From a virus (taxonomy: Duplodnaviria; Caudoviricetes), in IMG/VR virus record IMGVR_UViG_3300028196_000015, positions 1 to 58,336 of that record: DNA of 58,336 nt. The stretch is one strand, 5' to 3'. Below the pieces are notes generated by a model. The model did not search any database, was not told the origin of the DNA, and saw nothing but the letters and a program-made list of their open reading frames with translations. The position numbers and the translations under genes were made by a program. This document shows, piece by piece, positions 1 through 8,682 of this stretch. How positions within the stretch are numbered: position 1 is the stretch's first letter; each line of letters begins with the position of its first letter.

Positions 1-48
1 TTTAATTTCGTTTTTATTTAATTTTTGTTGCTTAGAAGGAAGTGTCAT
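1..48 (-). CDS. 5' part of a small hypothetical protein (runs off the window)
   Basis: ATG at 48-46 reads MTLPSKQQKLNKNEIK, open to the window edge; a TAAATA late-promoter-like box lies upstream (~85-90). Confidence 0.5.
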   Translation of the reverse strand, partial: MTLPSKQQKLNKNEIK

Positions 49-134
49 GACATCTTTACTGGTTCTCTAAACAGTCTAACATAGATTTTGTTGAAACCCT
101 GACTTATTTAGATTATCTTCAGATTTATATAATC

Positions 135-356
135 TTACTCAGTAATTGGTCCCCAGGTTCCACTATCACCTTCTGCTCTAGATTCTAGTTTATCTAGTAT
201 ATCTTCAAATGATTGAAGATGTTCAATTTCTTGAATTACTTTTGCAATGCTAGTACAAACGAGTGGACGTTCTTGTCTAGCAGCAAATGCAAGTGCATTC
301 CTAAGATGAGATTCTGCTTCTTGGAGTGATGCTTCAACGGATTTGCTAAGTGCCAT
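135..356 (-). CDS. conserved cyanophage hypothetical protein
   Basis: 73-aa ORF in the co-oriented gene array; TAAATA just upstream. Confidence 0.8.
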   Translation of the reverse strand: MALSKSVEASLQEAESHLRNALAFAARQERPLVCTSIAKVIQEIEHLQSFEDILDKLESRAEGDSGTWGPITE

Positions 357-364
357 AATAAAAT

Positions 365-904
365 TTATTTAACTGGATATTTTTGGGTTTCACCAACCCG
401 ACGTTTTGTTACTGTTTTGCCATTATCAGGTGATTCGTAAACCCACCCTCTTTCATAAGCAAGTCTTGCGGGATCATTCCTAGAAATCTCACTATTGGGA
501 GTCCATTCAAAACCACCGTTTTCTTTAATTATCTTAAGTTCAGAGTCTAAGTTTTTTTGTTGAAGATTATCTAGAATAGCACGTTCACGTTTATATTCAC
601 GTTCGTTATCTTCAAACTCTTGTTCTTTCTCCTTTCTGAAGTGTAAAAGATTATTTACAGGTTTTTCATTAAAATTGAATCTCCCCCCACTTTTAAGATG
701 TGCCATTAAGTCTGCACAATATCCCATTTTTTCTTCATGATACTGACGTTCTTCTTCCACAACATTAAAGATTGTATCAAATACTTCTCTTGCTGTTGCA
801 CCACAGTTAATTGAATCATGAATATGATCTTCTAACCTGGAAAGAGAGTAATCTTTGTATTCTGTACTATTCTTCGTATCCATTTTCTCTGATGTAGTCA
901 TCAA
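365..904 (-). CDS. hypothetical protein
   Basis: 179-aa ORF, tightly packed with neighbours. Confidence 0.75.
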   Translation of the reverse strand: MMTTSEKMDTKNSTEYKDYSLSRLEDHIHDSINCGATAREVFDTIFNVVEEERQYHEEKMGYCADLMAHLKSGGRFNFNEKPVNNLLHFRKEKEQEFEDNEREYKRERAILDNLQQKNLDSELKIIKENGGFEWTPNSEISRNDPARLAYERGWVYESPDNGKTVTKRRVGETQKYPVK

Positions 905-1052
905 GTGCCTCCTCTATCATAATCTTGATTTCTTCAGATGTCAACTCATTTAACCAAGTCCAATTAGGATCTTTGGAGTCCCACTTGAGACTAAAAGACC
1001 CATCATCATTTCTTTGAATATCCAGAGTATCTAATTTTAATTGATTTTCCAT
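867..1052 (-). CDS. hypothetical protein
   Basis: 61-aa acidic ORF. Confidence 0.7.
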   Translation of the reverse strand: MENQLKLDTLDIQRNDDGSFSLKWDSKDPNWTWLNELTSEEIKIMIEEALDDYIRENGYEE

Positions 1053-1054
1053 AA

Positions 1055-1258
1055 TTATTCTTTGAATAGGGGACTATTGTTTTTATTGAAATCTTCTATT
1101 TCTTTAACTTTATCTTTAATTTCTTCCATACATGGTTTACAAAATGCTTGGAATTGGTTTTCGTTTATTCTAGTAAAATTTTCTTCATTTAAATCTTTTA
1201 CTGTTTGGCACTGAGCACATAATAATTGCTTGTACTCAGTGCTTTCTTGATTTTCCAT
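1055..1258 (-). CDS. hypothetical protein with possible Zn-binding CxxC...CxxC
   Basis: CAQC and CKPC motifs in a 67-aa ORF. Confidence 0.65.
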   Translation of the reverse strand: MENQESTEYKQLLCAQCQTVKDLNEENFTRINENQFQAFCKPCMEEIKDKVKEIEDFNKNNSPLFKE

Positions 1259-1283
1259 TTTTACATAAACATTTCTTTATATA

Positions 1284-1463
1284 TCAACAGTCATCTTTTT
1301 TAAATAGTTTACGACATTTTTTTACCTCTTTAAGTTCATCTTTAATCATTTGATATGCATCTTCAGCAGTCAATTTTTTTGCCATCTCCATAGCAGTAAT
1401 AATTTCTACTCTAGTACCAAAATGTTTAAGTGCTTCTTCAAAACAGTTTAGTTCTTCATACAT
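1284..1463 (-). CDS. small cyanophage hypothetical protein (59 aa, below the ORF-track cut-off)
   Basis: Manual translation MYEELNCFEEALKHFGTRVEIITAMEMAKKLTAEDAYQMIKDELKEVKKCRKLFKKDDC; overlaps the talC stop. Confidence 0.75.
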   Translation of the reverse strand: MYEELNCFEEALKHFGTRVEIITAMEMAKKLTAEDAYQMIKDELKEVKKCRKLFKKDDC

Positions 1464-2106
1464 GATTTACACTATCCCAATCTTTTTGGAAGATATCTAA
1501 TCCACTATCCGTAAGGACGTGGTTATACATTTTATCAAACACTTTAGGAGGCATAGTTGCAACTTCACTTCCTGCAGCAAAGCACCTAGAGACGTGATGA
1601 ACGTCACGAAGTGATGCAGAAAGAACGTTAGTTCTTACAAAGTGCTCTCGATAAGTACCACTAATAGCCTGCACCAACGCAACTCCAGAGAAAGAGTTGT
1701 CATTACAACGTCCAACAAAAGGTGACACATAAGTTGCATCAGCTTTTGCAGCAAGAATAGCTTGTGCTACAGAAAATACTAGGGTTACGTTTGTAGTAAA
1801 CCCGTCTCCTCGCAAAGACTTACATGCTTTAAGACCTTCCACAGTACATGGAACTTTAATAGTAACATTAGACAGTTCCTTGAATACCTGAGCTTGTTCA
1901 ATCATCTCAGGAGCAGTATCTGCAACTACCTCAGCAGAGATAGATTCAAAGTGAGGGAACTCACCAGCAATACGTTTAATTACGTCTACAGGGTCTCCTC
2001 CACTCTTTAGAATAAGTGATGGGTTAGTGGTGACACCATCAATTAGTCCAGTTTGATCTCTTTTTCTAATTTCATCAAAATCGGCAGTATCTAGAAAAAT
2101 TTTCAT
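1456..2106 (-). CDS. talC: transaldolase (TalC/MipB family, auxiliary metabolic gene)
   Basis: IFLDTA, GVTTNPSLI, Schiff-base Lys in IKVPCT, TNVTLVFS, YVSPFVGR; Glu in SAEVV and Phe in SPF favour transaldolase over FSA. Confidence 0.97.
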   Translation of the reverse strand: MKIFLDTADFDEIRKRDQTGLIDGVTTNPSLILKSGGDPVDVIKRIAGEFPHFESISAEVVADTAPEMIEQAQVFKELSNVTIKVPCTVEGLKACKSLRGDGFTTNVTLVFSVAQAILAAKADATYVSPFVGRCNDNSFSGVALVQAISGTYREHFVRTNVLSASLRDVHHVSRCFAAGSEVATMPPKVFDKMYNHVLTDSGLDIFQKDWDSVNHV

Positions 2107-2109
2107 AAG

Positions 2110-2880
2110 TTAAGAGTAATTGTTTACTATTTTATCATGGACAGGACTGAGTGATCTTATCCGTCCGTATTTATTGACATGTATATTTGCCTCTTTACCT
2201 GTAAATTCCTCATATGCATTTATAAACATTCCAAAATAGTGCCAATGCTCAGGTGGAATATATTGCGGAGACAGACATACAAAAATATGGTCAAAACGTA
2301 CTTTATGGATATTTTCTTCTACCTCTCCCCTTTTATGCATATAAAATTCACCTTTCATTGTATCATGAACATATTTCCATCTATCTTGGTCTAACGAAAA
2401 CTCTACATTAGGGTTATGAATCCAAAGGAAACTTGATAATTTCTTTTGAATATGCAACCATGCTCCCCAATTACCTTCATCTAGCATGTGTTGGTTTTCA
2501 ATAAAGTAATATTCTTTTGCAAAACCTTCATATCCCTCACCATTCTCCCCATATTGTCCATTAAGAAAATCATCATGATGATCAATATGATATAAATCTA
2601 TATCAGTATATTTTTCTTTTTCTAGTTCATATAAAATAGCATCATGCTCATATCCGAAAGAAGCAGAATCACACGTTTTAATTGCTTTTAAAAACGTATT
2701 AAAAACAAACATTAAATTTGCTTGATCAATATTATATGTTCTTTTAGTGTCCTCTGAATCCTTGAAATATGATTCCATTTTCTTCCACCTTATGGTGGGA
2801 TTGCTATCATACAACATTGAATTATAAAAATTAATGTCTGGCCACATTATATAATCTAAATCAATACTTAATACATTCAT
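2110..2880 (-). CDS. UPF0489-like / arginase-deacetylase-fold metallo-protein
   Basis: SIDLDY, HIDHHDD, EGNW and CLSPQY motifs; start placed at MNVLSIDLD (ORF track extends it to 2931). Confidence 0.55.
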   Translation of the reverse strand: MNVLSIDLDYIMWPDINFYNSMLYDSNPTIRWKKMESYFKDSEDTKRTYNIDQANLMFVFNTFLKAIKTCDSASFGYEHDAILYELEKEKYTDIDLYHIDHHDDFLNGQYGENGEGYEGFAKEYYFIENQHMLDEGNWGAWLHIQKKLSSFLWIHNPNVEFSLDQDRWKYVHDTMKGEFYMHKRGEVEENIHKVRFDHIFVCLSPQYIPPEHWHYFGMFINAYEEFTGKEANIHVNKYGRIRSLSPVHDKIVNNYS

Positions 2881-2921
2881 AATCAATAATAAATTTGTCT
2901 TTAAGGTGCTAATGAATGTCA

Positions 2922-3449
2922 TCATACCCAATTTGGTTTGCGGGATTCGTCACGAAGATAATTAGATGCAACCCAAGGTTTGCTGCTAATGTACATTTTA
3001 TAAGCAGTAAAAGTATCAATGCTTGTGTCAAGTTTAAACTCATCAGGCATTGCACGGGTAAAGTTCTCAGCAAGAGTATGGCAGGTTATTGCTTTATCAG
3101 CATGTTTATGAAAAATTTTCTTTGCTTCAAATAAGGTTTTAGCACAAGAATGGATTTTATTATATCTGTGATAATACTCAGAAGAGAGAGCACATCCATG
3201 CTGAATTAACCATGCAAGGTTGTAATGGTTTTTTGCTGCCCAAATAGTACATGGATGATTACGAAAGGCACCTTTTTTAGTGCTATATGGGTCACCATCT
3301 TTTTTATGAATTTCACCCCAATTTAGATACCACTCAGAGTAAATGATAGAAATCATTTGACAGCACTCCAAAGGCATTTTCACAACATGTTTATCAGGAA
3401 GAACTCTTGCAGATTGCGTAGGATTATCTGAAGTAACAAAGATGTTCAT
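2922..3449 (-). CDS. pyrimidine-dimer DNA glycosylase / endonuclease V-like protein
   Basis: MNIF...LPDKHVVKMPLECCQM, NHPCTIW and HGCALSSEYYHRYNKIH motifs typical of the DenV-related phage family. Confidence 0.75.
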   Translation of the reverse strand: MNIFVTSDNPTQSARVLPDKHVVKMPLECCQMISIIYSEWYLNWGEIHKKDGDPYSTKKGAFRNHPCTIWAAKNHYNLAWLIQHGCALSSEYYHRYNKIHSCAKTLFEAKKIFHKHADKAITCHTLAENFTRAMPDEFKLDTSIDTFTAYKMYISSKPWVASNYLRDESRKPNWV

Positions 3450-3673
3450 AATGTAAGTTGAATAATTTTAGATAAATCTATAGTAGCAAAGAAAGATTGC
3501 AGTGCAACAACATCCCATACTTTAATTTTAATAGCAAAAGGAAGCATTAACAATCCTCCTATAAGTCTAAACCAACATCCCAATAATACATCGACATATA
3601 ATAAAATAAAATAACCTGCTAAAAGAAGGAAACTCCCAATAATTCTAAGACTTGTTGGTGACAGTTTTTTCAT
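3446..3673 (-). CDS. small membrane protein
   Basis: 75 aa with about three hydrophobic segments. Confidence 0.75.
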   Translation of the reverse strand: MKKLSPTSLRIIGSFLLLAGYFILLYVDVLLGCWFRLIGGLLMLPFAIKIKVWDVVALQSFFATIDLSKIIQLTL

Positions 3674-3980
3674 TATTCAAATCTTTTAGATGATTAGGTT
3701 CATGTGGTCTATCCATGGGTTGAGACTTGGTGTCATCATTTCTAGATAAATTTTTGATTACAATGAACGCATCCTTATTATATTTGCGGTGTCCAAGTGG
3801 GGATGCCCACTTCTTATTATAACCCTCTGGTTGAACGATGCCAGAGACTACTGTACCACCAACTTCAACTGCAATATCATCATTAGCATCCCATCCCAAT
3901 TTTTGTGCTACTGATTTCATTTGTTCAAAAATTGACGGTTCAGTCATGACTCTCTCATCAGGTTCAAGATTTCCGGTCAT
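3645..3980 (-). CDS. cyanophage hypothetical protein
   Basis: 111-aa ORF, start coupled to the upstream stop. Confidence 0.75.
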   Translation of the reverse strand: MTGNLEPDERVMTEPSIFEQMKSVAQKLGWDANDDIAVEVGGTVVSGIVQPEGYNKKWASPLGHRKYNKDAFIVIKNLSRNDDTKSQPMDRPHEPNHLKDLNNEKTVTNKS

Positions 3981-4132
3981 TTACCAACTCCATAATCAGG
4001 TGCTTTCAATTCTAATTCTGCAATATTTTTCCAAAGTTTTTTCATTGCAGCAGTTGTTTCGGGTGTTTCTTCCCAAGACCATTCTTCTTGACGACCTTTA
4101 CTATCAACCTTTTTATAAGTTTTTTTAGTCAT
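3977..4132 (-). CDS. small hypothetical protein (51 aa)
   Basis: Manual translation MTKKTYKKVDSKGRQEEWSWEETPETTAAMKKLWKNIAELELKAPDYGVGK; ATGA overlaps at both ends. Confidence 0.7.
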   Translation of the reverse strand: MTKKTYKKVDSKGRQEEWSWEETPETTAAMKKLWKNIAELELKAPDYGVGK

Positions 4133-4398
4133 AGTTTTCCACTAACTACTCCAGAGTTTACCACACGGGTATATAGATGTAAAGTACCATCCTGCTCACA
4201 CTTAAGATGCCAACGTGTCATACTAGTAACACTCTCTTTAGTACCACCTGTAAGCATTTTACGCCCCTCTTTAGTCATTGTTGAATACAATCCATATCTA
4301 GTTTCCCAGACATAAAAAACATCATCAACAAGTTCAGCACTATCAGGTAATCCTCTTTCTTTGCATATAGAAAATTGGTCTTTTTCTTGTTCAGTCAT
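4129..4398 (-). CDS. cyanophage hypothetical protein
   Basis: 89-aa ORF ending VVSGKL. Confidence 0.75.
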   Translation of the reverse strand: MTEQEKDQFSICKERGLPDSAELVDDVFYVWETRYGLYSTMTKEGRKMLTGGTKESVTSMTRWHLKCEQDGTLHLYTRVVNSGVVSGKL

Positions 4399-4404
4399 AG
4401 TTCC

Positions 4405-4635
4405 TCAATTACGTTTGGTACACCAATAACCACCGTTAGGTTTGTCAGCACAAATATACACGTTTACTCCACTATCATTCCAATGTTTAATGGCATTTGC
4501 CACGATAGCAGTGTTAGTGACCATATAAGCAACAACAATAAGGGTGCGTATGCTAGCAATAATATCTGCTTCTCGGTTATTTCGTCCATCTTTTTGTCCT
4601 AGTGCTTTTGCCCAAATTCTCCAGGCACTTTTCAT
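4405..4635 (-). CDS. small membrane-associated hypothetical protein
   Basis: WRIWAKALG...one hydrophobic helix...HWN. Confidence 0.75.
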   Translation of the reverse strand: MKSAWRIWAKALGQKDGRNNREADIIASIRTLIVVAYMVTNTAIVANAIKHWNDSGVNVYICADKPNGGYWCTKRN

Positions 4636-5078
4636 TTTTTCTTTACCATTTTGTATTCAGTTTTTTTAAACCCCATCCGTTCAACATACTTTAAAGCATA
4701 AAACTCATCAGTAAAAGAACAAATTTTTAAATTTGAGAACTCTTTACCTTCCATATGAAACAATCGTACAGGAAACATTTCATATGGAAATTTTTTTAGT
4801 TCATCTTTAGGTACTTTAAGTTGATTTGCCAAAGTTGGTTTCCGTACTCTTGATGTTTTTTTCTTTTTTCTACTTGTCGGTTTAGTAGGAGTTTTTTTAG
4901 TTGTTGCTGCTTTGCCAGTACTACTTGTTATTTTCTTGGTATTTGGAGATTTGTTAGTGGTGGGAGTTGATTTAGCACTGTTAGTTTTCTTTGGAGTTGC
5001 TGATTTTTTAACAACAGGTTTTTTAGGAGTAGTTGCTGGTTTTCTCCCCCTTGTTGGTTTCTTCTTTGGTTCAGTCAT
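4632..5078 (-). CDS. hypothetical protein with Lys/Thr/Pro-rich basic N-terminal tail
   Basis: ~85 aa of K/T/S/P low complexity followed by a globular FPYEMFPVRL domain. Confidence 0.75.
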   Translation of the reverse strand: MTEPKKKPTRGRKPATTPKKPVVKKSATPKKTNSAKSTPTTNKSPNTKKITSSTGKAATTKKTPTKPTSRKKKKTSRVRKPTLANQLKVPKDELKKFPYEMFPVRLFHMEGKEFSNLKICSFTDEFYALKYVERMGFKKTEYKMVKKK

Positions 5079-5383
5079 TCATCATCCACCAAATCTTTTA
5101 CTTTATCAAACACTTCATCTATTGGATAAGTTTTTACTTTACCACTATCAATATCATCTACCATTTGCATTAGATGCTCAAGAAATGCTTTAGGATAAAC
5201 ATCGTCCTCACCAAGAGTTTGCCAAAACCATTCTCTACATTCTGTGTATTTGTCATCATAATCAAGCACAGTATATCCATCATAGTTTGATGTCATAAGA
5301 TCTGCCCAGATGTTGAATGCATGTTTAATATTTTTCCATCCAGTCACCCAACAATGACCCATCCAATACTCATACCAGTTCAT
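5075..5383 (-). CDS. cyanophage hypothetical protein (Trp-rich)
   Basis: 102-aa ORF directly downstream of a promoter. Confidence 0.8.
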   Translation of the reverse strand: MNWYEYWMGHCWVTGWKNIKHAFNIWADLMTSNYDGYTVLDYDDKYTECREWFWQTLGEDDVYPKAFLEHLMQMVDDIDSGKVKTYPIDEVFDKVKDLVDDE

Positions 5384-5413
5384 AAGTAGCGGTCAGTTTG
5401 TTTTCCTATAGTC

Positions 5414-5470
5414 ATTATACAACAAAAATCCACTCTCATGGTGGAGAAGTGGACAGTTTACTGGGTGGTC
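5414..5470 (-). promoter_or_regulatory. promoter with TATAAT and upstream C(A/G)-N10-TG-N-C motif (site A)
   Basis: Minus strand GACCACCCAGTAAACTGTCCAC (5470-5449), 29 nt, TATAAT (5419-5414); no TTGACA. Confidence 0.6.
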
Positions 5471-5512
5471 TAAATGGACAGTCACGACATCCAGCACCGC
5501 AACATCCTCTAC

Positions 5513-5737
5513 TCACACGAATGCCCCCTTTACTAAAGAAAAGCATACTGAATTAAATTTACCGCACATACCTTTCAAAGATATTTTTGTGTGCTGAGAG
5601 TGTACTTCCACATTGTCAATAATATACTCACTATCCACTATACACGGTGGAAAATCATTATTACCCCATCTTTGTTGCTCTAAAGTACATCCAAGATACT
5701 TTACGGTATCTCCTACTTCAAATATTGAATTATCCAT
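5513..5737 (-). CDS. cyanophage hypothetical protein
   Basis: 74-aa ORF, GDTVKYLGCT...QRWGNND...FNSVCF. Confidence 0.75.
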   Translation of the reverse strand: MDNSIFEVGDTVKYLGCTLEQQRWGNNDFPPCIVDSEYIIDNVEVHSQHTKISLKGMCGKFNSVCFSLVKGAFV

Positions 5738-5854
5738 ATTTAATTTTAGTGGTTAAAACTTAAATTAGTTATCATATTGTCATTATGTCCATAAGTACCA
5801 GTTGGTATAATATTATGCGAAAAAACACTTTTTACATCAAAGAACATCTAATTA

Positions 5855-6052
5855 TTATTCTTTAGTCATTTCAACTTTTCTTTCTTCAGTAAAGAGATGC
5901 TTTACTTCATCAAAAAGAGGGAGGTCTTCACGCACAAACAAATCCATAGCACCGAGGATTGCTTTTACGTCATCAATAGATTCAATTTTATTTGCGTCCA
6001 AACCCCAAAAAGTTTGCACTTCAGTTTCGTTTGCCATGTTTTTTAATTTCAT
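5855..6052 (-). CDS. hypothetical protein
   Basis: 65-aa ORF (start may be the second Met). Confidence 0.65.
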   Translation of the reverse strand: MKLKNMANETEVQTFWGLDANKIESIDDVKAILGAMDLFVREDLPLFDEVKHLFTEERKVEMTKE

Positions 6053-6105
6053 TTTGTTTAATATACTAATTAATTTATATCATTTTGTCAAGTGGGTTTT
6101 CCACA

Positions 6106-6339
6106 CTAAAACATTCCCGATTCATTCATATAATGAAGTGTATCATGCATGTTACCAAGATGTTTGGCACCAATAGCAACCTGAGGATATGTTGCCTCAG
6201 GTCCAAACTCTGCTTCAAATTCTCTTTTAGTAAAGTGTTCGTTGAGGTTATACTCATGAAACTCTCCACCCATTGACTTAAGTAGTGCTGCGATACGATC
6301 ACACTCTTGACTACCGTTAGAATAGATTACTGCTTGCAT
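6106..6339 (-). CDS. glutaredoxin-like protein (degenerate active site)
   Basis: IYSNGSQECDR in place of CPYC; TYPQV cis-Pro loop and HLGN; similar to the ORF at 55525. Confidence 0.75.
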   Translation of the reverse strand: MQAVIYSNGSQECDRIAALLKSMGGEFHEYNLNEHFTKREFEAEFGPEATYPQVAIGAKHLGNMHDTLHYMNESGMF

Positions 6340-6530
6340 GTGTCTTCTTTGTAGGTAATAGTTATTTGTTTATATACTTCATCTCGATTGTCACTGTTAT
6401 ACACATTACAACGTTCAATCTTAGCATCCAATAGTTTCTCAATATTATTGAGTTGCCATTCAGCAGCATACTTCTTAAATCCATCGTCCATCCAAGACTT
6501 ATTTGATCCTGGTGTGTTAAAATCATCCAT
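6327..6530 (-). CDS. hypothetical protein
   Basis: 67-aa ORF coupled to the purS stop. Confidence 0.7.
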   Translation of the reverse strand: MDDFNTPGSNKSWMDDGFKKYAAEWQLNNIEKLLDAKIERCNVYNSDNRDEVYKQITITYKEDTCKQ

Positions 6531-6805
6531 TATTCAATACCTGGTGGAAAAGTTTCAATCTCAGTCAGTTCGTAGTCCCAGTCTTCCATGACTGTGTTAG
6601 CAAGGAATCTATCAGATAGCATTTCTAACTCTTTCTCAGCATACTCTCTGCTCTCTGCTTCCAACCAAACATCAATGACCTTACCCAATCTGAGTTTCTT
6701 AATATTCAACTCAGACATTCGTTTACAGGCATCTCTCACGGCATTGCCTGGTGAGTCATCCACCTGTGATCGTAGTCGGATGAATACTAATGCTTTAAAC
6801 TTCAT
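6530..6805 (-). CDS. purS: phosphoribosylformylglycinamidine synthase subunit PurS
   Basis: VFIRLRSQVDDSPGNAV, LRLGKVIDV and LANTVMEDW match the PurS signature. Confidence 0.9.
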   Translation of the reverse strand: MKFKALVFIRLRSQVDDSPGNAVRDACKRMSELNIKKLRLGKVIDVWLEAESREYAEKELEMLSDRFLANTVMEDWDYELTEIETFPPGIE

Positions 6806-7101
6806 AATGTTCTCTCTAATCGATTTTCTGCTTGGTCAGGGAAGTCTCTAGGACGACTATCTAAAGCATTATCAGTTTTAGGAGAACCTTCATTCGCCTT
6901 CATCGTATGCTGATAGTTTGGTCGTGGATATCTAATAATAAATGGGTCGGGCATCCAATAGGTTACTTGCCATTCTTGGTCAGGACATAACTCAAGGTGC
7001 TTCTCTACACTATGACAGAAACTACCGAGTTGAATGTATCCATCGTGAGTGATGCATCTGCCATTGCCAGCATCAACTAGGAACATCATCTTGCTACTCA
7101 T
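6802..7101 (-). CDS. cyanophage hypothetical protein
   Basis: 99-aa ORF with ATGA coupling. Confidence 0.75.
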   Translation of the reverse strand: MSSKMMFLVDAGNGRCITHDGYIQLGSFCHSVEKHLELCPDQEWQVTYWMPDPFIIRYPRPNYQHTMKANEGSPKTDNALDSRPRDFPDQAENRLERTL

Positions 7102-7208
7102 AGCACTTCTTGCTCTGGGTTTAAATTCTTTACGAATTGCACGGGATCTTTTTCAGACTTATGGACCCAATGATATCGCACCATCTCGTAAATGGTATCC
7201 CATGTCAT
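7098..7208 (-). CDS. small hypothetical protein (~36 aa)
   Basis: Manual translation MTWDTIYEMVRYHWVHKSEKDPVQFVKNLNPEQEVL fills the gap; stop overlaps the next ATG; start uncertain. Confidence 0.5.
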   Translation of the reverse strand: MTWDTIYEMVRYHWVHKSEKDPVQFVKNLNPEQEVL

Positions 7209-7221
7209 CACACAGACATAA

Positions 7222-7536
7222 TCAGTCTCTTTGTCTCCAGTCATCAGGTTTGTCTCTCATAAACCAATCTTTAATATCGTCAGCACTATCGAATCCCCTT
7301 TTATGATTAGATGGGTCGGGATCACCTAGTCCCATCCTATTCATAAAATCGTCTATACTACCTTCTTCAATATCTTGTGCTGCTTGTCTTCGTGCTTTCT
7401 GTAACCAGTCCCTAGCAAGTGTATGTGACTTAGCAAGTTTCTGTACCCAGACCATATCATCTAGTTTGACTTCTTCTTTATTTGCAATCTTTTTACAAAT
7501 AAACTCTAGTCGAAGTCTGTATTGAGTAGATAACAT
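7222..7536 (-). CDS. conserved cyanophage hypothetical protein
   Basis: MLSTQYRLRLEFICKKI...DWRQRD. Confidence 0.8.
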   Translation of the reverse strand: MLSTQYRLRLEFICKKIANKEEVKLDDMVWVQKLAKSHTLARDWLQKARRQAAQDIEEGSIDDFMNRMGLGDPDPSNHKRGFDSADDIKDWFMRDKPDDWRQRD

Positions 7537-7537
7537 A

Positions 7538-7732
7538 TCATTCTCGTAATTTGTGTTCTAGATCTTCAAGTCTATGATATTCTGCATGTGCTCGTTCTTG
7601 ACGATCACAGACGATATTAAGAATATCATCCATAATTATATCATTTTCAACATAATCATCAAGGTACTTGTCAACTGCCTCTTTTAAGTATCTATACCTA
7701 TGCCATTCTTGTGAATATGGTTTATAGTTCAT
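7538..7732 (-). CDS. hypothetical protein
   Basis: 64-aa ORF. Confidence 0.75.
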   Translation of the reverse strand: MNYKPYSQEWHRYRYLKEAVDKYLDDYVENDIIMDDILNIVCDRQERAHAEYHRLEDLEHKLRE

Positions 7733-7752
7733 AATAAAGATGTGTGTGTGTT

Positions 7753-8001
7753 TTATTTAGTTTTTTTGTTCAAACGTTCTCTAATTTGTTTTGCCATTTT
7801 CATAGACCTTCTCCAAATAAAATATTTTACTATTGGATTTGAAGGATCATTTTTCAACCACCAAATGATTCTTTTTATTCTAACTTCAGTTAGTTCTGAA
7901 GCATATGCAATGGCTTTTATGATATTAGGATCTACAATTGAAAAGTACAAAACAAATCCAATTACAATTAACCAAAAAAATTGAGAAGACATCAGTGCCA
8001 C
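7753..8001 (-). CDS. small membrane-anchored hypothetical protein
   Basis: N-terminal hydrophobic helix, basic C-terminus. Confidence 0.7.
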   Translation of the reverse strand: MALMSSQFFWLIVIGFVLYFSIVDPNIIKAIAYASELTEVRIKRIIWWLKNDPSNPIVKYFIWRRSMKMAKQIRERLNKKTK

Positions 8002-8189
8002 CTTAAGGTTTTAAGATAGTTAAGAACGTCTTGCCTTACACCCATCAACTCATGATAACATTTTTGATTATGAGCACATTGTCTAAGTGCTGAGTCTGGT
8101 TTAATTACAGACTCAATAAAAATATCAAGACCACGATTCCATTTTTCTTTTTCAGAATCATTATCTTCAATACTATTTTGATCTTTCAT
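7992..8189 (-). CDS. cyanophage hypothetical protein
   Basis: KWNRGLDIFIESV...LRQCAHNQKCYHELM. Confidence 0.8.
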   Translation of the reverse strand: MKDQNSIEDNDSEKEKWNRGLDIFIESVIKPDSALRQCAHNQKCYHELMGVRQDVLNYLKTLRWH

Positions 8190-8213
8190 AGTAATTTTAA
8201 TAGTTTTTAGTAT

Positions 8214-8471
8214 TCAGCATAGATAGTCCTCATGAATTTCCCAGTCAAGATCTTGCTCATTGATATATTCAATAAGTTCATCTTCGGACAATGGGATATT
8301 ATCATTTTCACCAATATAGAATCCCGATTTACATACACCAGGTCCATATTCAGGGGGGTCAAATCGAGTTGCTGCCCTAATAATTCGGGAATCTTCGACT
8401 ATTGCTATTACAGTAGCATACCCATCATCATCTATATCAAAATTGTAGATTAAAGTTACTTCACTAGTCAT
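8214..8471 (-). CDS. acidic hypothetical protein
   Basis: 85-aa ORF, DPPEYGPG motif. Confidence 0.75.
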   Translation of the reverse strand: MTSEVTLIYNFDIDDDGYATVIAIVEDSRIIRAATRFDPPEYGPGVCKSGFYIGENDNIPLSEDELIEYINEQDLDWEIHEDYLC

Positions 8472-8474
8472 GAA

Positions 8475-8624
8475 TTAATACCCATGCTTAGAAATCATTT
8501 GTTCCATTCTATCTTCTCTATATTCTTCCTCATCTTCTTCTATAGAATCATATAGAATACTGGTATAATATTCATAAATGAAATCCGCATCAGTATCTAA
8601 GTAGAAATTGGAAAAATTAGACAT
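8475..8624 (-). CDS. small acidic hypothetical protein (49 aa)
   Basis: Manual translation MSNFSNFYLDTDADFIYEYYTSILYDSIEEDEEEYREDRMEQMISKHGY. Confidence 0.6.
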   Translation of the reverse strand: MSNFSNFYLDTDADFIYEYYTSILYDSIEEDEEEYREDRMEQMISKHGY

Positions 8625-8682
8625 TAGAGTAAATGAAAAGGGTTGAGGACTTTACTATATATTCAAAAAATCAAAAGGGCAG

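Noticed and set aside
5747-5848. 33-codon minus-strand ORF in the AT-rich gap
   Set aside because: Short, with no RBS or recognisable motif; cannot be supported
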